From Candidatus Latescibacterota bacterium (GTDB lineage Bacteria > Latescibacterota > UBA2968 > SICM01): 64,000 nucleotides of DNA. The notes beneath the pieces were generated by a model. It was given only the letters and a program-made list of their open reading frames with translations, made no database searches and had not been told where the DNA came from. This document shows positions 27,879 through 38,273 of the stretch, piece by piece; the first letter of the stretch is position 1, and each line of letters opens with the position of its first letter. The position numbers and the translations under genes were made by a program. Where the stretch lies: positions 5,664,001-5,728,000 of the forward strand of contig CBDCJO010000002.1 in NCBI GenBank assembly GCA_965217865.1. The letters run 5' to 3'.

Positions 27879-30722
27879 GTGGCTGAGAGGAATGTGAAAA
27901 AGATACCGCTAAGGGTTTCAGGTGGAAAAGGACTGAATTACAGATCCTGGCCAGTCACACAGGGCATTCCCTTCGAAGAAGGTGATCTGAAGCGGGGCAC
28001 AGCGGTCCGAGTCGTGGACCACGAAGGGAATCCTTATCCCACGCAATCATCCTGTCTTGCGGCGTGGGATAAGGACCTCAAACACGTCAGATGGCTTCTG
28101 CTGGATTTTCAGGCCGATTTCCGAGACGAAGACGAAGGGGCTTATTTCCTGGAATACGGGGAGGGTATTGAGTCGCCGAAGCATCCATCAAGCATCCGCG
28201 TGGATCAGGTGGGTGACCATCTCCAGGTGGAAACCGGCCCGATGAGGATCCAGATTAGAAATCGATTCGAGGCATGGAAGAAACCCAAGGCAGACCTCTT
28301 CGGTTCCTGTCTCTTGAAAAGCGGAGACGAATGGCACGATCTGTTCGGCCGTAATCCGGGTCCATATTTGTACATGAAGGATCATCGCGGCTTTCTATAT
28401 GATTCCTTCACCTCAGCCCCATTCCACACTGTTTCAATCGAAGAATCAGGACCCATCAGGACATCGATCTGTATCAAGGGATTTCACGCCATGCGGAACG
28501 GCCCCAGGTTCTGCCCCTATATCCTGAGGATTCATCTCTTCGCGGGTAAGACCGACTTGAGGATCCAACACACCTTTGTCTTCGATCAGGAACCCCACCA
28601 GATCGAACTGTCTGCAATCGGGATGCGCTTTCCCCTGGCTTTGGGAGACGATCTTGAAGCATCCGTGGCCGGAAGCCCATCTCCAAACAATGTGAGTGAT
28701 TGGAAGGGGTTACGACTCCTCCAGCGGGACGACAAACACTACGCGGTGGATCTGGACGAAAAGAAACTGGCAGAAGGAGAGAGATCGTCCGGATGGGCGA
28801 GTTTAAATGGGAGCCGGGGATCCGTTGTGGCTGTGGTGAAAGATTTCTGGAAGGAATATCCGAAAGGACTCGGGCTCTATCGGGACGGGATGGACCTGGA
28901 GATTTGGCCGGAAGCCCATCGGGAAAATCTCAGTTTCACAACGCCCTTCGAAGAGCCGGCCATATATTTCAAGGGAACCAGGGATGAAGAAGAGTTCAAA
29001 CGCCTTCTGGCAGAAAAACCCACCGCGCCGCTGAACCTCAAGAGCGTGGATGTCCAGACGGAGGAGGATGTGCTCTGGATCGAAGAGATGATGGAGAAAC
29101 ACGGAAAGGGGCGCACCGCCTCCCATTGCGATACGTGGACGAGCAACGGTGTCGGGGCCGCCAAGACCACTGAGTTTTACATCCGGCTGGATACAGAACA
29201 AACCAATGATTCCGAAGCGGAGGCGTTGGCTTCTATAGTCCAGGAGCCTCTTATCGCCCCTGCGGATCCGGCTTATGCATGCGCCACAGACGCCTTCGGC
29301 CCTTATTATCACGCGGGAGATCCCCGGTTCCGTCAGGTGGACGAGGGGCTCGACTACCTCATCGATTCAGTGGCGATAGAGCCGATAGAACGGTGTCGAC
29401 TGTACGGCATGATGCGCTATGGGAACATGGTCTGCTCCCATTCCACCGGGCCGAATACCTCCTATGTGCTTTTCAAGGACACGGATCCCGAAAAGGCGCT
29501 CCGGTATGTGGGTCCTTACAACAATGAAGCCAACGATCAGATCATGGCCGTTTGGGGAAACTTCCTCCGAACCGGTCGGCGCGATCATCTTTTTCTGGCC
29601 CAGGCCTACAGTCGAAATGTCGCAGACGTGGGGACCATTCATGCGCATCCCAGCCGTCCCGGGTCCGTGGGACTGAACCACTACCACACCGCCCACCAAT
29701 GGGGCGGAACGCCGAGTCCCTCTCATACGCTGGTTGCGGGGACCCTGATCGACTACTGCGTCACCGGGAACAGGCGCATGCTGGAAGTCGCGGAGGAGGT
29801 GGCCGACTGGGCGGTCCGAAACCAGGAGGACTGCGGCATCATCTCGTGTCGGAACGGCAGGCTCCACCGTGAGTTCACCGGTCCGCTATGGTGTCTTTTG
29901 GAAGTCTACAGGGTGACCTGGAAGGAGTCCTACGGGGACCTGGCCCGGCGTTCCTTGAACTGGTTTCTGCGGACACTGAAAAACGGGCGCTACCCCACCA
30001 GCGTCTACACCCGTGGTGTGCGCGGAGACGAAGCGGACATTGAGCCCATTGATCACCTTCATCACCATGCACGAAACATCTCTCATATCCTGAGCTACGC
30101 CCATCGTCTGTTCAACAGCAAGGCCTTGTGCGATCACATCATCGCAGAGGCGAACTATCTCCTCTGGGACAGCTTCACCGACAACTTCGTAACCGCCGAA
30201 ATGGCCCGGAAGATGCTGACTGAGCGATCCCTCCTCTGGAAAGTGGACGAGGAATTCTACTGGACCCAGTGGAAAGCCTCTCATGGAATCGATGACCTTC
30301 CAATTCTTTGCCTTGCTTATCAAATCACAGGAGACATGAAATACGCAGCCATGTGCAAGGACCACCTGGAAGGATACTTCAAAAGGCTGGTCGAACGTTG
30401 CCGGAATTACATGGACTGGAGGTTCACCTGGTTGACATTTGGCTCGTATGTCCCCCGGCTAATGAAAGCTGTCGCTGAAGCCTTGAATAACGATCCCAAG
30501 GCCCTTGCCCGGGCGGAAAAGGAATGGAAGGAGAAGCGAGCCGGGTTGGGGCGCCCTGTATACACAGGACCCGGTGTCGATCTGACCCGGGACAATATGA
30601 ACAGTGCGGCTGTTATCGCCAACCGGCCCCCGGAAGATCTGCCCCGTGAGGCCCCGCCGCGCTCCTATGAGCCGATCACATCTCTCGGTAAGGTCAGCAC
30701 CGAGGACCATGCCGAAAACTAG
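27879..30722 (+). CDS. large hypothetical protein, PcRGLX/YetA-like (exo-rhamnogalacturonan lyase-like) fold
   Basis: WPVTQGIPF..G.L, PTQ...LA.W, EESGPIR, DFWKEYPK, YGMMRYG; 947-aa ORF. Confidence 0.6.
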   Translation: MAERNVKKIPLRVSGGKGLNYRSWPVTQGIPFEEGDLKRGTAVRVVDHEGNPYPTQSSCLAAWDKDLKHVRWLLLDFQADFRDEDEGAYFLEYGEGIESPKHPSSIRVDQVGDHLQVETGPMRIQIRNRFEAWKKPKADLFGSCLLKSGDEWHDLFGRNPGPYLYMKDHRGFLYDSFTSAPFHTVSIEESGPIRTSICIKGFHAMRNGPRFCPYILRIHLFAGKTDLRIQHTFVFDQEPHQIELSAIGMRFPLALGDDLEASVAGSPSPNNVSDWKGLRLLQRDDKHYAVDLDEKKLAEGERSSGWASLNGSRGSVVAVVKDFWKEYPKGLGLYRDGMDLEIWPEAHRENLSFTTPFEEPAIYFKGTRDEEEFKRLLAEKPTAPLNLKSVDVQTEEDVLWIEEMMEKHGKGRTASHCDTWTSNGVGAAKTTEFYIRLDTEQTNDSEAEALASIVQEPLIAPADPAYACATDAFGPYYHAGDPRFRQVDEGLDYLIDSVAIEPIERCRLYGMMRYGNMVCSHSTGPNTSYVLFKDTDPEKALRYVGPYNNEANDQIMAVWGNFLRTGRRDHLFLAQAYSRNVADVGTIHAHPSRPGSVGLNHYHTAHQWGGTPSPSHTLVAGTLIDYCVTGNRRMLEVAEEVADWAVRNQEDCGIISCRNGRLHREFTGPLWCLLEVYRVTWKESYGDLARRSLNWFLRTLKNGRYPTSVYTRGVRGDEADIEPIDHLHHHARNISHILSYAHRLFNSKALCDHIIAEANYLLWDSFTDNFVTAEMARKMLTERSLLWKVDEEFYWTQWKASHGIDDLPILCLAYQITGDMKYAAMCKDHLEGYFKRLVERCRNYMDWRFTWLTFGSYVPRLMKAVAEALNNDPKALARAEKEWKEKRAGLGRPVYTGPGVDLTRDNMNSAAVIANRPPEDLPREAPPRSYEPITSLGKVSTEDHAEN

Positions 30723-30967
30723 ACGGTTTTCGCTCAGCCGCAACCATCTCGATCCGGAAGACATTATGATATTTTAGAACGCCGTCGTGCTCCCTCTTGT
30801 TTCAACCTTCAATCGGCGATCATCAATTTTTCCTGGCCTTTGGCCTCCGACCTCTGATGCCTGACTTTTGCAATTTCCATTTCCAATCCCCCATTGACTT
30901 CCCCAACGTCGGCGATTAAATTGTCCTTCGTTCCGCTATTGCGAATCCCGCAACCAGGAGTGCCCAG

Positions 30968-31743
30968 ATGATCACGAAACACAATGTTCATTTCCTGACA
31001 CACGGCTATACAATCATTCCGAACGCCCTTTCACCCGATGAGTTCAAGCGGGGCGCAAGAGGCATTCGACCGAGCTGCCGAGAAGCCGATGACAGAATGG
31101 AAGCAAAAAGTATCGCAAGGTAAGGCCCCGGAGTATTTTAACATCGACAACATCTTTGACGCGGATGACATCTTCGTGGAGCTTGTAAACCACCCCGCAA
31201 CGTTCCCGGTCGTCCGAGGGGCCATCGGAGAAGACGTTCAGCTCGAAGGCGCGTCGGGACGAATTTACCCGCCGGGCCCCACCATACTCTCCCTGGCATC
31301 GGGATACCCACGGCTTTCTGGGAGTGGATTTAGATAATTCACCCAGCTTTCGTGCGAAACTCCACTATTTCCTGGCAGACGTCCCTGAAAATCGGGGTTG
31401 CCTGGGATATGTCCCGGGAAGCCATCGTTTCCCCCCCGCGGACATGCCTCAAGTCGAGCAGCAAGAGGATATGCCCGGACACGTCAGGTTAGCCATGAAG
31501 GCCGGGGACGCCCTTTTGATACACATCCACGGATGGCATACGGTGTTTCCGAACACCAGCGACCAGCCCAGAAAGTCGTTGATCTTCACATATTCCCATT
31601 TCTGGATGAAACAGAGCGAAACTGCTAGGCCCACCCACCTCCAAAAATATCTGGCCGATCCTGTCAAGAGCCAGCTATTCGGAGTGGGCGATCCCGTCAA
31701 GAGCTACAAAGGCCAAAGGCTTTCCGCGATCTCGAAGGCATGA
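30968..31743 (+). pseudogene. phytanoyl-CoA dioxygenase (PhyH) family, two frameshifts (~31050, ~31285)
   Basis: AGGAG + ATG 30968 (FLTHGYTIIPNALS); middle frame ELVNHP; then PWHRD, GCLGYVPGSH, KAGD..IH..GWH, RKSL. Confidence 0.8.
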
Positions 31744-31759
31744 TGTTGCAACCCCCATA

Positions 31760-34144
31760 TTGGGAGCCGAGAAGGTGAAAGACGAAAAGAAGACAAAGGC
31801 ACAGCTCATAGACGAATTGGCGGGATTGCGCCAGAGAATATCCCGATTGGAAGATCGAGAGGGGGATCCGAAGAAGGCCGAGGAGATCTTGCGAGAAGGC
31901 GAGGGGAAAGAGGAAAATTCCCGCGCTCAGGAACAACTGCAAACCATCGTAGAAGCGATCCCGATACCTCTGCTGATCACTCGAGATCGGGACGGCCAAA
32001 TCTTATACGCGAACGAACACCTTGGACATCTCTTCGGTGTCCCAACGGATTCACTGCTGGGACGTAAAGCGCTCGATTTCTATTTTGATCCAGATGAACG
32101 AGATAAGATCCTTGAGACATTTATAAGGGACGGATATCTCCATAACCGTGAAATCCGTGGCAAGCGGACGGACGGCACCCCATTCTGGGTTTTCGTGTCC
32201 GTACAATCCATCACTTTCAACGGCGAAACAGCCCTGCTCACATGCTTCAACGACATTACCGGATTAAAGCAGGCCGGGGAATTTCTTCGGGAGAGTGAAG
32301 AACGCTTTCGAGCAGTCTTCGAATCCTCTCCTATCGGAACGGCGATGGTCGATACGGATGGGAGATTTGTCCAAGTCAATCGAGCGTTTAGTGACATGCT
32401 TGGTTATCCGGGAGATGATTTCCTGAACATGAATTTTACGGAAATCACACACCCTGACGACATCCAGCAGAGCCTTCGGCTGGTCAAGCAACTCCTGGAA
32501 GGCACACGCGACCACGGCTGGTTGGAGAAGCGATATCTCCACAGGGAAGGCCACTTTGTCTGGAGTCACACCGGGGTATCCGCCTTACACAATCCCGAAG
32601 GGAAGGTTCAATACCTGATCGCTTTGACCCAGGACATCACCGAGCGCAAACGGTCAGAGGAGGAGCTGCAGTTCAAGAACATTATCCTTTCCACCCAACT
32701 GGAGACATCGATCGATGGGATCCTCGTTGTGGACGCGGATAAAAAGTGGGCCTCTTTTAACAAACGATTTCTTGCGATGTGGGGTTATCCGCCTGAAGCC
32801 GCAGGGACAATGACCAGCGAGCTCGCCCTGCAAGCTGTTTTGGATAAATTGGTTGATCCGGAAGGGTTCCTCGAGGGGATAAATTACCTCTATGAGCATC
32901 GGCACGAGAAGAGCCACGATAATATCCAGCTGCGAAACGGCTGCACATTTGAGCGCTATTCCGCGCCGATGTTTGGTCCGGACGAAAAATACTATGGCCG
33001 GGTGTGGTACTATCGTGATATCACCAAGCGCAAGCAGGCGGAAAACGAAATGGTACGCCTGGAGCGTCTTCGGGCGCTCGGGGAGATGGCCCGCGGGGTC
33101 GCCCACAACTTCAACAACATCCTGGTCGGCGTGCTCGGGTACGCGCAACTCATCCAGATGAGAAGTCATGACCCGGAAATCACCCAGTATGCAACCTCCG
33201 TGGTGGAAAGCGCGATGAGGGCCCGGGATCTTGTCCACCGCCTGAACCAGGCCGTAAGAGGTGAAGTGGATGGAGACATCAAAGCCGTTCATATCAATGA
33301 AGTGGTGAGGGAAGCCGTGGAGGCGTCCCGTCCCAGATGGGAGGATGAATCCCAGGCCAAAGGTATCACGATCAACCTGGTCTCCGATTTGGATGAAGTC
33401 CCGCCCATACGGGCGACCCAATCGGGCTTATACGACATCCTCATAAATCTTCTTTTGAACGCCGTGGACTCGCTTACCGAAGGCGGTTCGATTACGATTC
33501 GCACACGGTCGGTCGGAGAACGTGTCGAGCTCACCGTGAGCGATACGGGCATCGGGATGGAGGAAAAAATGCGCAGCCGGGTTTTTGAACCCTTCTTCAC
33601 CACCAAGATGAACGTGGGAACGGGTCTGGGGTTATCCACGGTATACGGGACAGTGACCCGATATGGCGGACAAATTGACATAGCGAGCACACCGGGCAAA
33701 GGGACCACATTTACCCTCCTATTCCCAATCTGGATGGAACTCGAAGATACGGAGGGCAAAGCTCCCCAAAGGATCCTGATCGTTGAAGACAAGGAGGTCG
33801 TCGCCGACGTGCTCTCGAATCTTTTGTCAAAGAACAGTGAGGTGGATACGATATTGGATGGGACGGAAGCCCTTAAAACATTCGCACCAGGCAGATACGA
33901 TGTTGCGCTTATCGACCTGGGGTTGCCAGGGACCCCGGGGGATCAGGTCGCACGGAAAATGAAAAACCTGGATCCATCGATAGCCACGATCTTGATCACG
34001 GGCTGGGAGCTCTCAGATGAGGATCCCAGGTTGTCCGCATTCGACTTCCGGCTGAAGAAACCCTTCAACGAATTGAAGAAAGTGGAAGATGCGGTTGCTA
34101 AGGCCTTCAAACTTCATCAATCAAGAATTGCCGGCAAAGATTGA
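31760..34144 (+). CDS. multi-PAS hybrid sensor histidine kinase/response regulator
   Basis: Three PAS domains, GVAHNFNN H-box, NLLLNA, DTGIGM, FEPFFTTK, GTGLGL, C-terminal receiver (D..LP, KP). Confidence 0.95.
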   Translation: MGAEKVKDEKKTKAQLIDELAGLRQRISRLEDREGDPKKAEEILREGEGKEENSRAQEQLQTIVEAIPIPLLITRDRDGQILYANEHLGHLFGVPTDSLLGRKALDFYFDPDERDKILETFIRDGYLHNREIRGKRTDGTPFWVFVSVQSITFNGETALLTCFNDITGLKQAGEFLRESEERFRAVFESSPIGTAMVDTDGRFVQVNRAFSDMLGYPGDDFLNMNFTEITHPDDIQQSLRLVKQLLEGTRDHGWLEKRYLHREGHFVWSHTGVSALHNPEGKVQYLIALTQDITERKRSEEELQFKNIILSTQLETSIDGILVVDADKKWASFNKRFLAMWGYPPEAAGTMTSELALQAVLDKLVDPEGFLEGINYLYEHRHEKSHDNIQLRNGCTFERYSAPMFGPDEKYYGRVWYYRDITKRKQAENEMVRLERLRALGEMARGVAHNFNNILVGVLGYAQLIQMRSHDPEITQYATSVVESAMRARDLVHRLNQAVRGEVDGDIKAVHINEVVREAVEASRPRWEDESQAKGITINLVSDLDEVPPIRATQSGLYDILINLLLNAVDSLTEGGSITIRTRSVGERVELTVSDTGIGMEEKMRSRVFEPFFTTKMNVGTGLGLSTVYGTVTRYGGQIDIASTPGKGTTFTLLFPIWMELEDTEGKAPQRILIVEDKEVVADVLSNLLSKNSEVDTILDGTEALKTFAPGRYDVALIDLGLPGTPGDQVARKMKNLDPSIATILITGWELSDEDPRLSAFDFRLKKPFNELKKVEDAVAKAFKLHQSRIAGKD

Positions 34145-34247
34145 ATCAGGTTAAATCCTTTTCTCCAAGAAACCCTTGATTCTCCTTCCATAAATGACGA
34201 TACTACTAATAAGATTTCACTTTTTTTGTTGAGAATCGGATCGCGCG

Positions 34248-34601
34248 ATGGCCATTAACCTTGAAACTGCCAAGAGTGGACTTCTAGCCGAACAAAAACG
34301 CCTTGAAGTCTCCACCCATAACACCGCGAACCTGAATACCCCAAAGTTCCGGGCAAGAGTCGCGACCTTACAGGAGCGTCCCACTGGCGGTGTGGAAGTT
34401 CGTGTGGATCGGGTAGAGGTGTCGGAGGAGGGCCAAAAATCCCTCTCGGAGGCCGGTGAACGGGGAAGCCCGGACAACAACGTTGACCTGGTAGATGAGA
34501 GCGTCAGTAAAATCACCGCCAGGGCGGGGTTTCAGGCAAATTCGAAAGTCCTGAAGACACAGGATAAGACCATCGGCACCCTCCTGGACGCGATCGGCTG
34601 A
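34248..34601 (+). CDS. small flagellar basal-body rod (FlgC-like) domain protein
   Basis: SGL.A..KRLEVSTHNTANLNT and NNVDLVDE..FQANSKVLKT.D..GTLLD. Confidence 0.8.
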   Translation: MAINLETAKSGLLAEQKRLEVSTHNTANLNTPKFRARVATLQERPTGGVEVRVDRVEVSEEGQKSLSEAGERGSPDNNVDLVDESVSKITARAGFQANSKVLKTQDKTIGTLLDAIG

Positions 34602-34617
34602 TAAGTCATGAACAAGA

Positions 34618-34652
34618 AAGGTCCCGGATCGTGGAACAACCGGGGCCTTTTC
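34618..34652 (+). terminator. Rho-independent terminator
   Basis: AAGGTCCCGG-loop-CCGGGGCCTT-TT. Confidence 0.65.
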
Positions 34653-34779
34653 GTATGCGCCCATCAAAGACTCCCCCGACCCGATCCCCGAGATAGACCT
34701 CACATACCGGCTTTGGGCGATCCTATCGTGTCTCTTCCTGAAACCACTTGACGACCCAAACGCCGAATTCTACCCGAAT

Positions 34780-35725
34780 CATGGAATCCCATCAAACAGA
34801 AATCAAACCGAGAAGCAAGAAGGAATACTTCTGGCTGGCCGCTCGAGGCTACTGTATGGGTGCAGCCGACGTCGTTCCTGGCGTCTCAGGCGGGACGATG
34901 GCCTTCATCCTCGGAATCTACGAAGAACTGATCTATGCCATCCACGCGTTCAACTGGAAATTTGTTCGACGCCTCCTCACATTCAGGTTCCGTGAGGCCT
35001 TCGAAGGATTTCCATGGCGTTTCCTGTTGGTATTGGGTCTCGGCATCGGTACCGCTGTCTTCACCCTCGCCAGGGGGCTGAACTGGTCGCTTATTCACCA
35101 CCCGACCCACGTATGGGGTTTCTTTTTCGGACTGGTTCTGGCTTCCGTGATCGCAGTCCGCAATCGTGTGTCACGCTGGTCTGTATCCGCCTGGATTACC
35201 GCTACGATCTCGACGGTCATCCTTTATATCATCGTGGGCCTTGTCCCAGCCGAGACGCCCGATGCGGCATGGTTTGTGTTCCTGAGCGGGGCGATCGCCA
35301 TCTGTGCTATGATCTTACCCGGCATTTCCGGCGCCTTCATCCTGGTGCTCTTGGGCAAATATCGATTTGCCCTCGACGCCGTTGTTCGGGGCGAGCTGCT
35401 AACCCTCCTGGTCCTTATGGCGGGTTGCGTCGTGGGATTGATTAGCTTTGTCCGCTTGATCCGCTGGTTCTTCCGGTATCATCACGATCTTACGATCGCA
35501 GCCCTTACCGGGCTTATGCTCGGTTCGCTTCGCAAAGTATGGCCGTGGAAGCAGACCATTGCCTCGATACCGGGAAGCCACGGGGAAATAATCCCCATCC
35601 AGCAGATCAACGTTTTGCCCTCGGTTTTCACTTGGGAGGTAAGCCTGACCCTGGGCCTCGCGATATTCGGGTTCGGATTGGTTCTTATCTTGGAACGCCT
35701 TCGCACGTCCCAAAGCGGCCCCTAA
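34780..35725 (+). CDS. DUF368 family membrane protein (putative undecaprenyl-phosphate translocase)
   Basis: MGAADVVPGVSGGTMAFILGIY, AMILPGISGAFIL, GSLRKVWPWK. Confidence 0.93.
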
Positions 35726-35777
35726 AGAAGGGGTGAAGATTATATGTTTGAAGTTTTGCTAAAAATAAGGCGATTTT

Positions 35778-35890
35778 CCCCTTCCCTAAAGGGAAGGGGT
35801 TAGGTCTGACCCCTGATCGAACCCTGATTGGACGTCAAAACTATTCTGAAACATATTTTCTTCGCTGGGCACGGCACGCCGTGCCCCTAC
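35778..35890. repeat. REP-like hairpins between convergent genes
   Basis: CCCTTCCC-taaa-GGGAAGGG and GGGCACGGCA-c-GCCGTGCCC-CTAC (GTAG-type REP on the minus strand). Confidence 0.55.
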
Positions 35891-36753
35891 AATTTTAATG
35901 CTTTGAAGGGCGACCACAGGAGGTCGCATCTAAGAAAGGACCTCAGTTGGCATAAAATCGCGTTCTCAGGTTGATTCTCCAGACGGGATAGCCAGTAGGA
36001 GACATCAAAATGGCTGTTCCCGGTTAATAAGCGCCAAAATTTTATCCGGTTGACGACTTCGATCCTTCCCTCATTTCCGTACCATTTGTGCGACGTACTC
36101 AATATTTGAGGGATGGAGGGATCGTCAATATCATCCGTATTCCAGAGGCGCAGCTGCCGTACAACTGGGTTCAATCTGAGCTTGAACATGAAACGCCTGC
36201 GATCCGTCCGATTTGGCTGTGCGCAATGCCATATACCGTGATGGACTGCCAGCAAGGTGCCGGCACTGCACACGAGCGGAAGCTGCCCTATGAAGTTCTG
36301 ATACCGGGCGATGTCCGATTCGCTGACTAGTCGGAAATGGCTGCCGGGCAGGCCGCCCATTTCTCGTGGCGTGTCGTGCGAAAAATAGAAAAACTGGACA
36401 TCAAATTCCGCGACACGGGTGTCGATAATGGCATCTGCGTGCCAGACCTGGCCCGTGGGTTTTCCGGCCTTCACGGTGTGAACCGCATGATGATCGTAGA
36501 GAGGGTCCGGCCCAACCAGGCTGTGTATGATCCCCTGGACTTCGGGAAGCCTGAAGACCTTCCCAATCGCGAGTTCGGGCCAGAGATCGCAAAGGGGTTG
36601 ACCGTGATCCTCGCCTCCGACAAGTCCCTGTTCGATTTCTGCAAAGGCCGCCTTGTTCAGATCATCGGGCACCAGTTCATCAAACCGAATGAACCCGTCC
36701 GAAACGAACCGAGCCATCTGTCTGGAAGTCAGTAAGTATTCTTTGTCAATCAT
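35887..36753 (-). CDS. PhyH-family Fe(II)/2OG dioxygenase
   Basis: FVSDGFIRF, WHADA, LPGSH, HHGIWH; EMGG-LPGSH looks ~3 codons short. Confidence 0.82.
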   Translation of the reverse strand: MIDKEYLLTSRQMARFVSDGFIRFDELVPDDLNKAAFAEIEQGLVGGEDHGQPLCDLWPELAIGKVFRLPEVQGIIHSLVGPDPLYDHHAVHTVKAGKPTGQVWHADAIIDTRVAEFDVQFFYFSHDTPREMGGLPGSHFRLVSESDIARYQNFIGQLPLVCSAGTLLAVHHGIWHCAQPNRTDRRRFMFKLRLNPVVRQLRLWNTDDIDDPSIPQILSTSHKWYGNEGRIEVVNRIKFWRLLTGNSHFDVSYWLSRLENQPENAILCQLRSFLRCDLLWSPFKALKL

Positions 36754-37027
36754 TGACCTCCTCCATTTTTTCGAGGATGTATTCGAACTTGAGATATGAT
36801 GTATTATACTCCATACCCGGGTACGCGGGAAACTGTTGAGGAAATTGAATCACCCGCCAGCCGTCCCGCATAGCCTCTAAAACCGATCTATAGGGCGGTT
36901 CGTCACTGCCTCCGGTGGTGTGCGTTTCCTTCCCCGTTCCATCATATACGGCCCAGGCCACGACCTGGCTGTTCAAATCCGGGTTATGCAGATGGAGCAC
37001 GATAATTTTTTGGCGTAAGCTGGACAT
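36746..37027 (-). CDS. small hypothetical protein coupled to the PhyH gene
   Basis: 93-aa ORF overlapping the next start; PPY.SVL.AM.DGWRVIQ. Confidence 0.7.
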   Translation of the reverse strand: MSSLRQKIIVLHLHNPDLNSQVVAWAVYDGTGKETHTTGGSDEPPYRSVLEAMRDGWRVIQFPQQFPAYPGMEYNTSYLKFEYILEKMEEVND

Positions 37028-37131
37028 CGTTTGGCCTTTCAGGAAAGCTCTTCATAGAAGGATTGGGGTAACCGACTCGTCCATTGCCCGGGTGTGCGAT
37101 CCGGAATTGTTTGAGGCCTTTCATTGTTCCG

Positions 37132-38076
37132 TCAAGGAGCCACCCTCAGCTCCTGGATGAAATCGTCTGCGGTTCTTTCGAGATCGTATTTCGGACGCCA
37201 GCCCCAGTCCTTTCTTGCGGAGCTGTCGGTGATCTGAATCGGCCAGCTTTCGATTAAATCGACGACCTTCGGATCGGGATCGAATATCAGCTCGACGTCC
37301 GGGATGCGGGCGGCGATGACTTGGGCGATCTGTTTCGCCTGCGGGGCCATAGCGTGCATATTGTATACCCGGCGCGTTAATTTTCCTACCGGTGTGTTCA
37401 GCAAGCCGATCACCCCGTCCAACACATCTTTGACGTAGATAATCGACGGTTGCGTTTCAGGCCGAACCTTGAAGGTAAATCGTCCGCAACGCACCGCCTC
37501 GATAAAGGCGTTGGACGCATAAGAGCTGACCGCTCCCGGTGATGCAAACGCGGACAGCACCACCGGAAGTCTCAGACATCGAAAGTCCAGACCATGTTTT
37601 TCGTGGTAATAGACACCGAGCCGCTCGACAGCGACCTTCGTTACCCCGTACATACCCACCGGCCATTGCGGAAAATCTTCGGGAAGAGGATCGGGCAGTC
37701 GTCCCCCGAATGAGGCCAGCGAGCTGGGAAAGAACACTTGATCCACATCGTATTCGAGCGCCAGTTCGAAAAGGTTAAACGCTCCGTCGACATTCACCCT
37801 CCAGGCCAGTTCCCGGTCCTGATCAGAACTGCCCGACAGCAGGGACGCGAAGTGCAGAATGACCTGCGGCCGATAGTTCTTCAGCACATCTGCAAGATCC
37901 TCGCGAGATCTCATATCCCCACGCACGTAGATACAGCCCTCGGCCGTGGGATTATTCGGTTTTTCAACGACGTCGAGCAGCACCACCCTGCAGCCTCGCT
38001 TCACGAGCTCGAAAGTCAGCTGGCAGGTCAGGTTTCCGCCTCCGCCTGTGATAAGATACGTTCCCCTCATTTCCAA
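37132..38076 (-). CDS. NAD-dependent epimerase/dehydratase (L-threonine 3-dehydrogenase-like SDR)
   Basis: ITGGGG, H.ASLLS, PSS.A.FG, YGVTK, DFRCLR.P, SWP...DSSARKDWGW. Confidence 0.85.
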   Translation of the reverse strand: MEMRGTYLITGGGGNLTCQLTFELVKRGCRVVLLDVVEKPNNPTAEGCIYVRGDMRSREDLADVLKNYRPQVILHFASLLSGSSDQDRELAWRVNVDGAFNLFELALEYDVDQVFFPSSLASFGGRLPDPLPEDFPQWPVGMYGVTKVAVERLGVYYHEKHGLDFRCLRLPVVLSAFASPGAVSSYASNAFIEAVRCGRFTFKVRPETQPSIIYVKDVLDGVIGLLNTPVGKLTRRVYNMHAMAPQAKQIAQVIAARIPDVELIFDPDPKVVDLIESWPIQITDSSARKDWGWRPKYDLERTADDFIQELRVAP

Positions 38077-38107
38077 TTTCCTTAACTACCCCTCCCATAG
38101 TTTAGCC

Positions 38108-38272
38108 GTAAAATTTGCATTATGCAATTTGGAATTTTTACTTTGCATGTTCCTCCCCCCTGACCTCCGGCCCCTTCCTTTGCCTTTCCTGCCACTGCTA
38201 CTGTTTTCCCCGTCTCACGTCTCACGTTTCACGGTTTTTCTTTTCCCCGACCCCTGACCTCTGACTCCTATC
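38108..38272. repeat. mosaic of degenerate heptamer tandem repeats
   Basis: (ATTTGCA)-like, (CGTCTCA)x3 and (CCCTGAC)-like runs in one intergenic spacer. Confidence 0.6.
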
Positions 38273-38273
38273 T

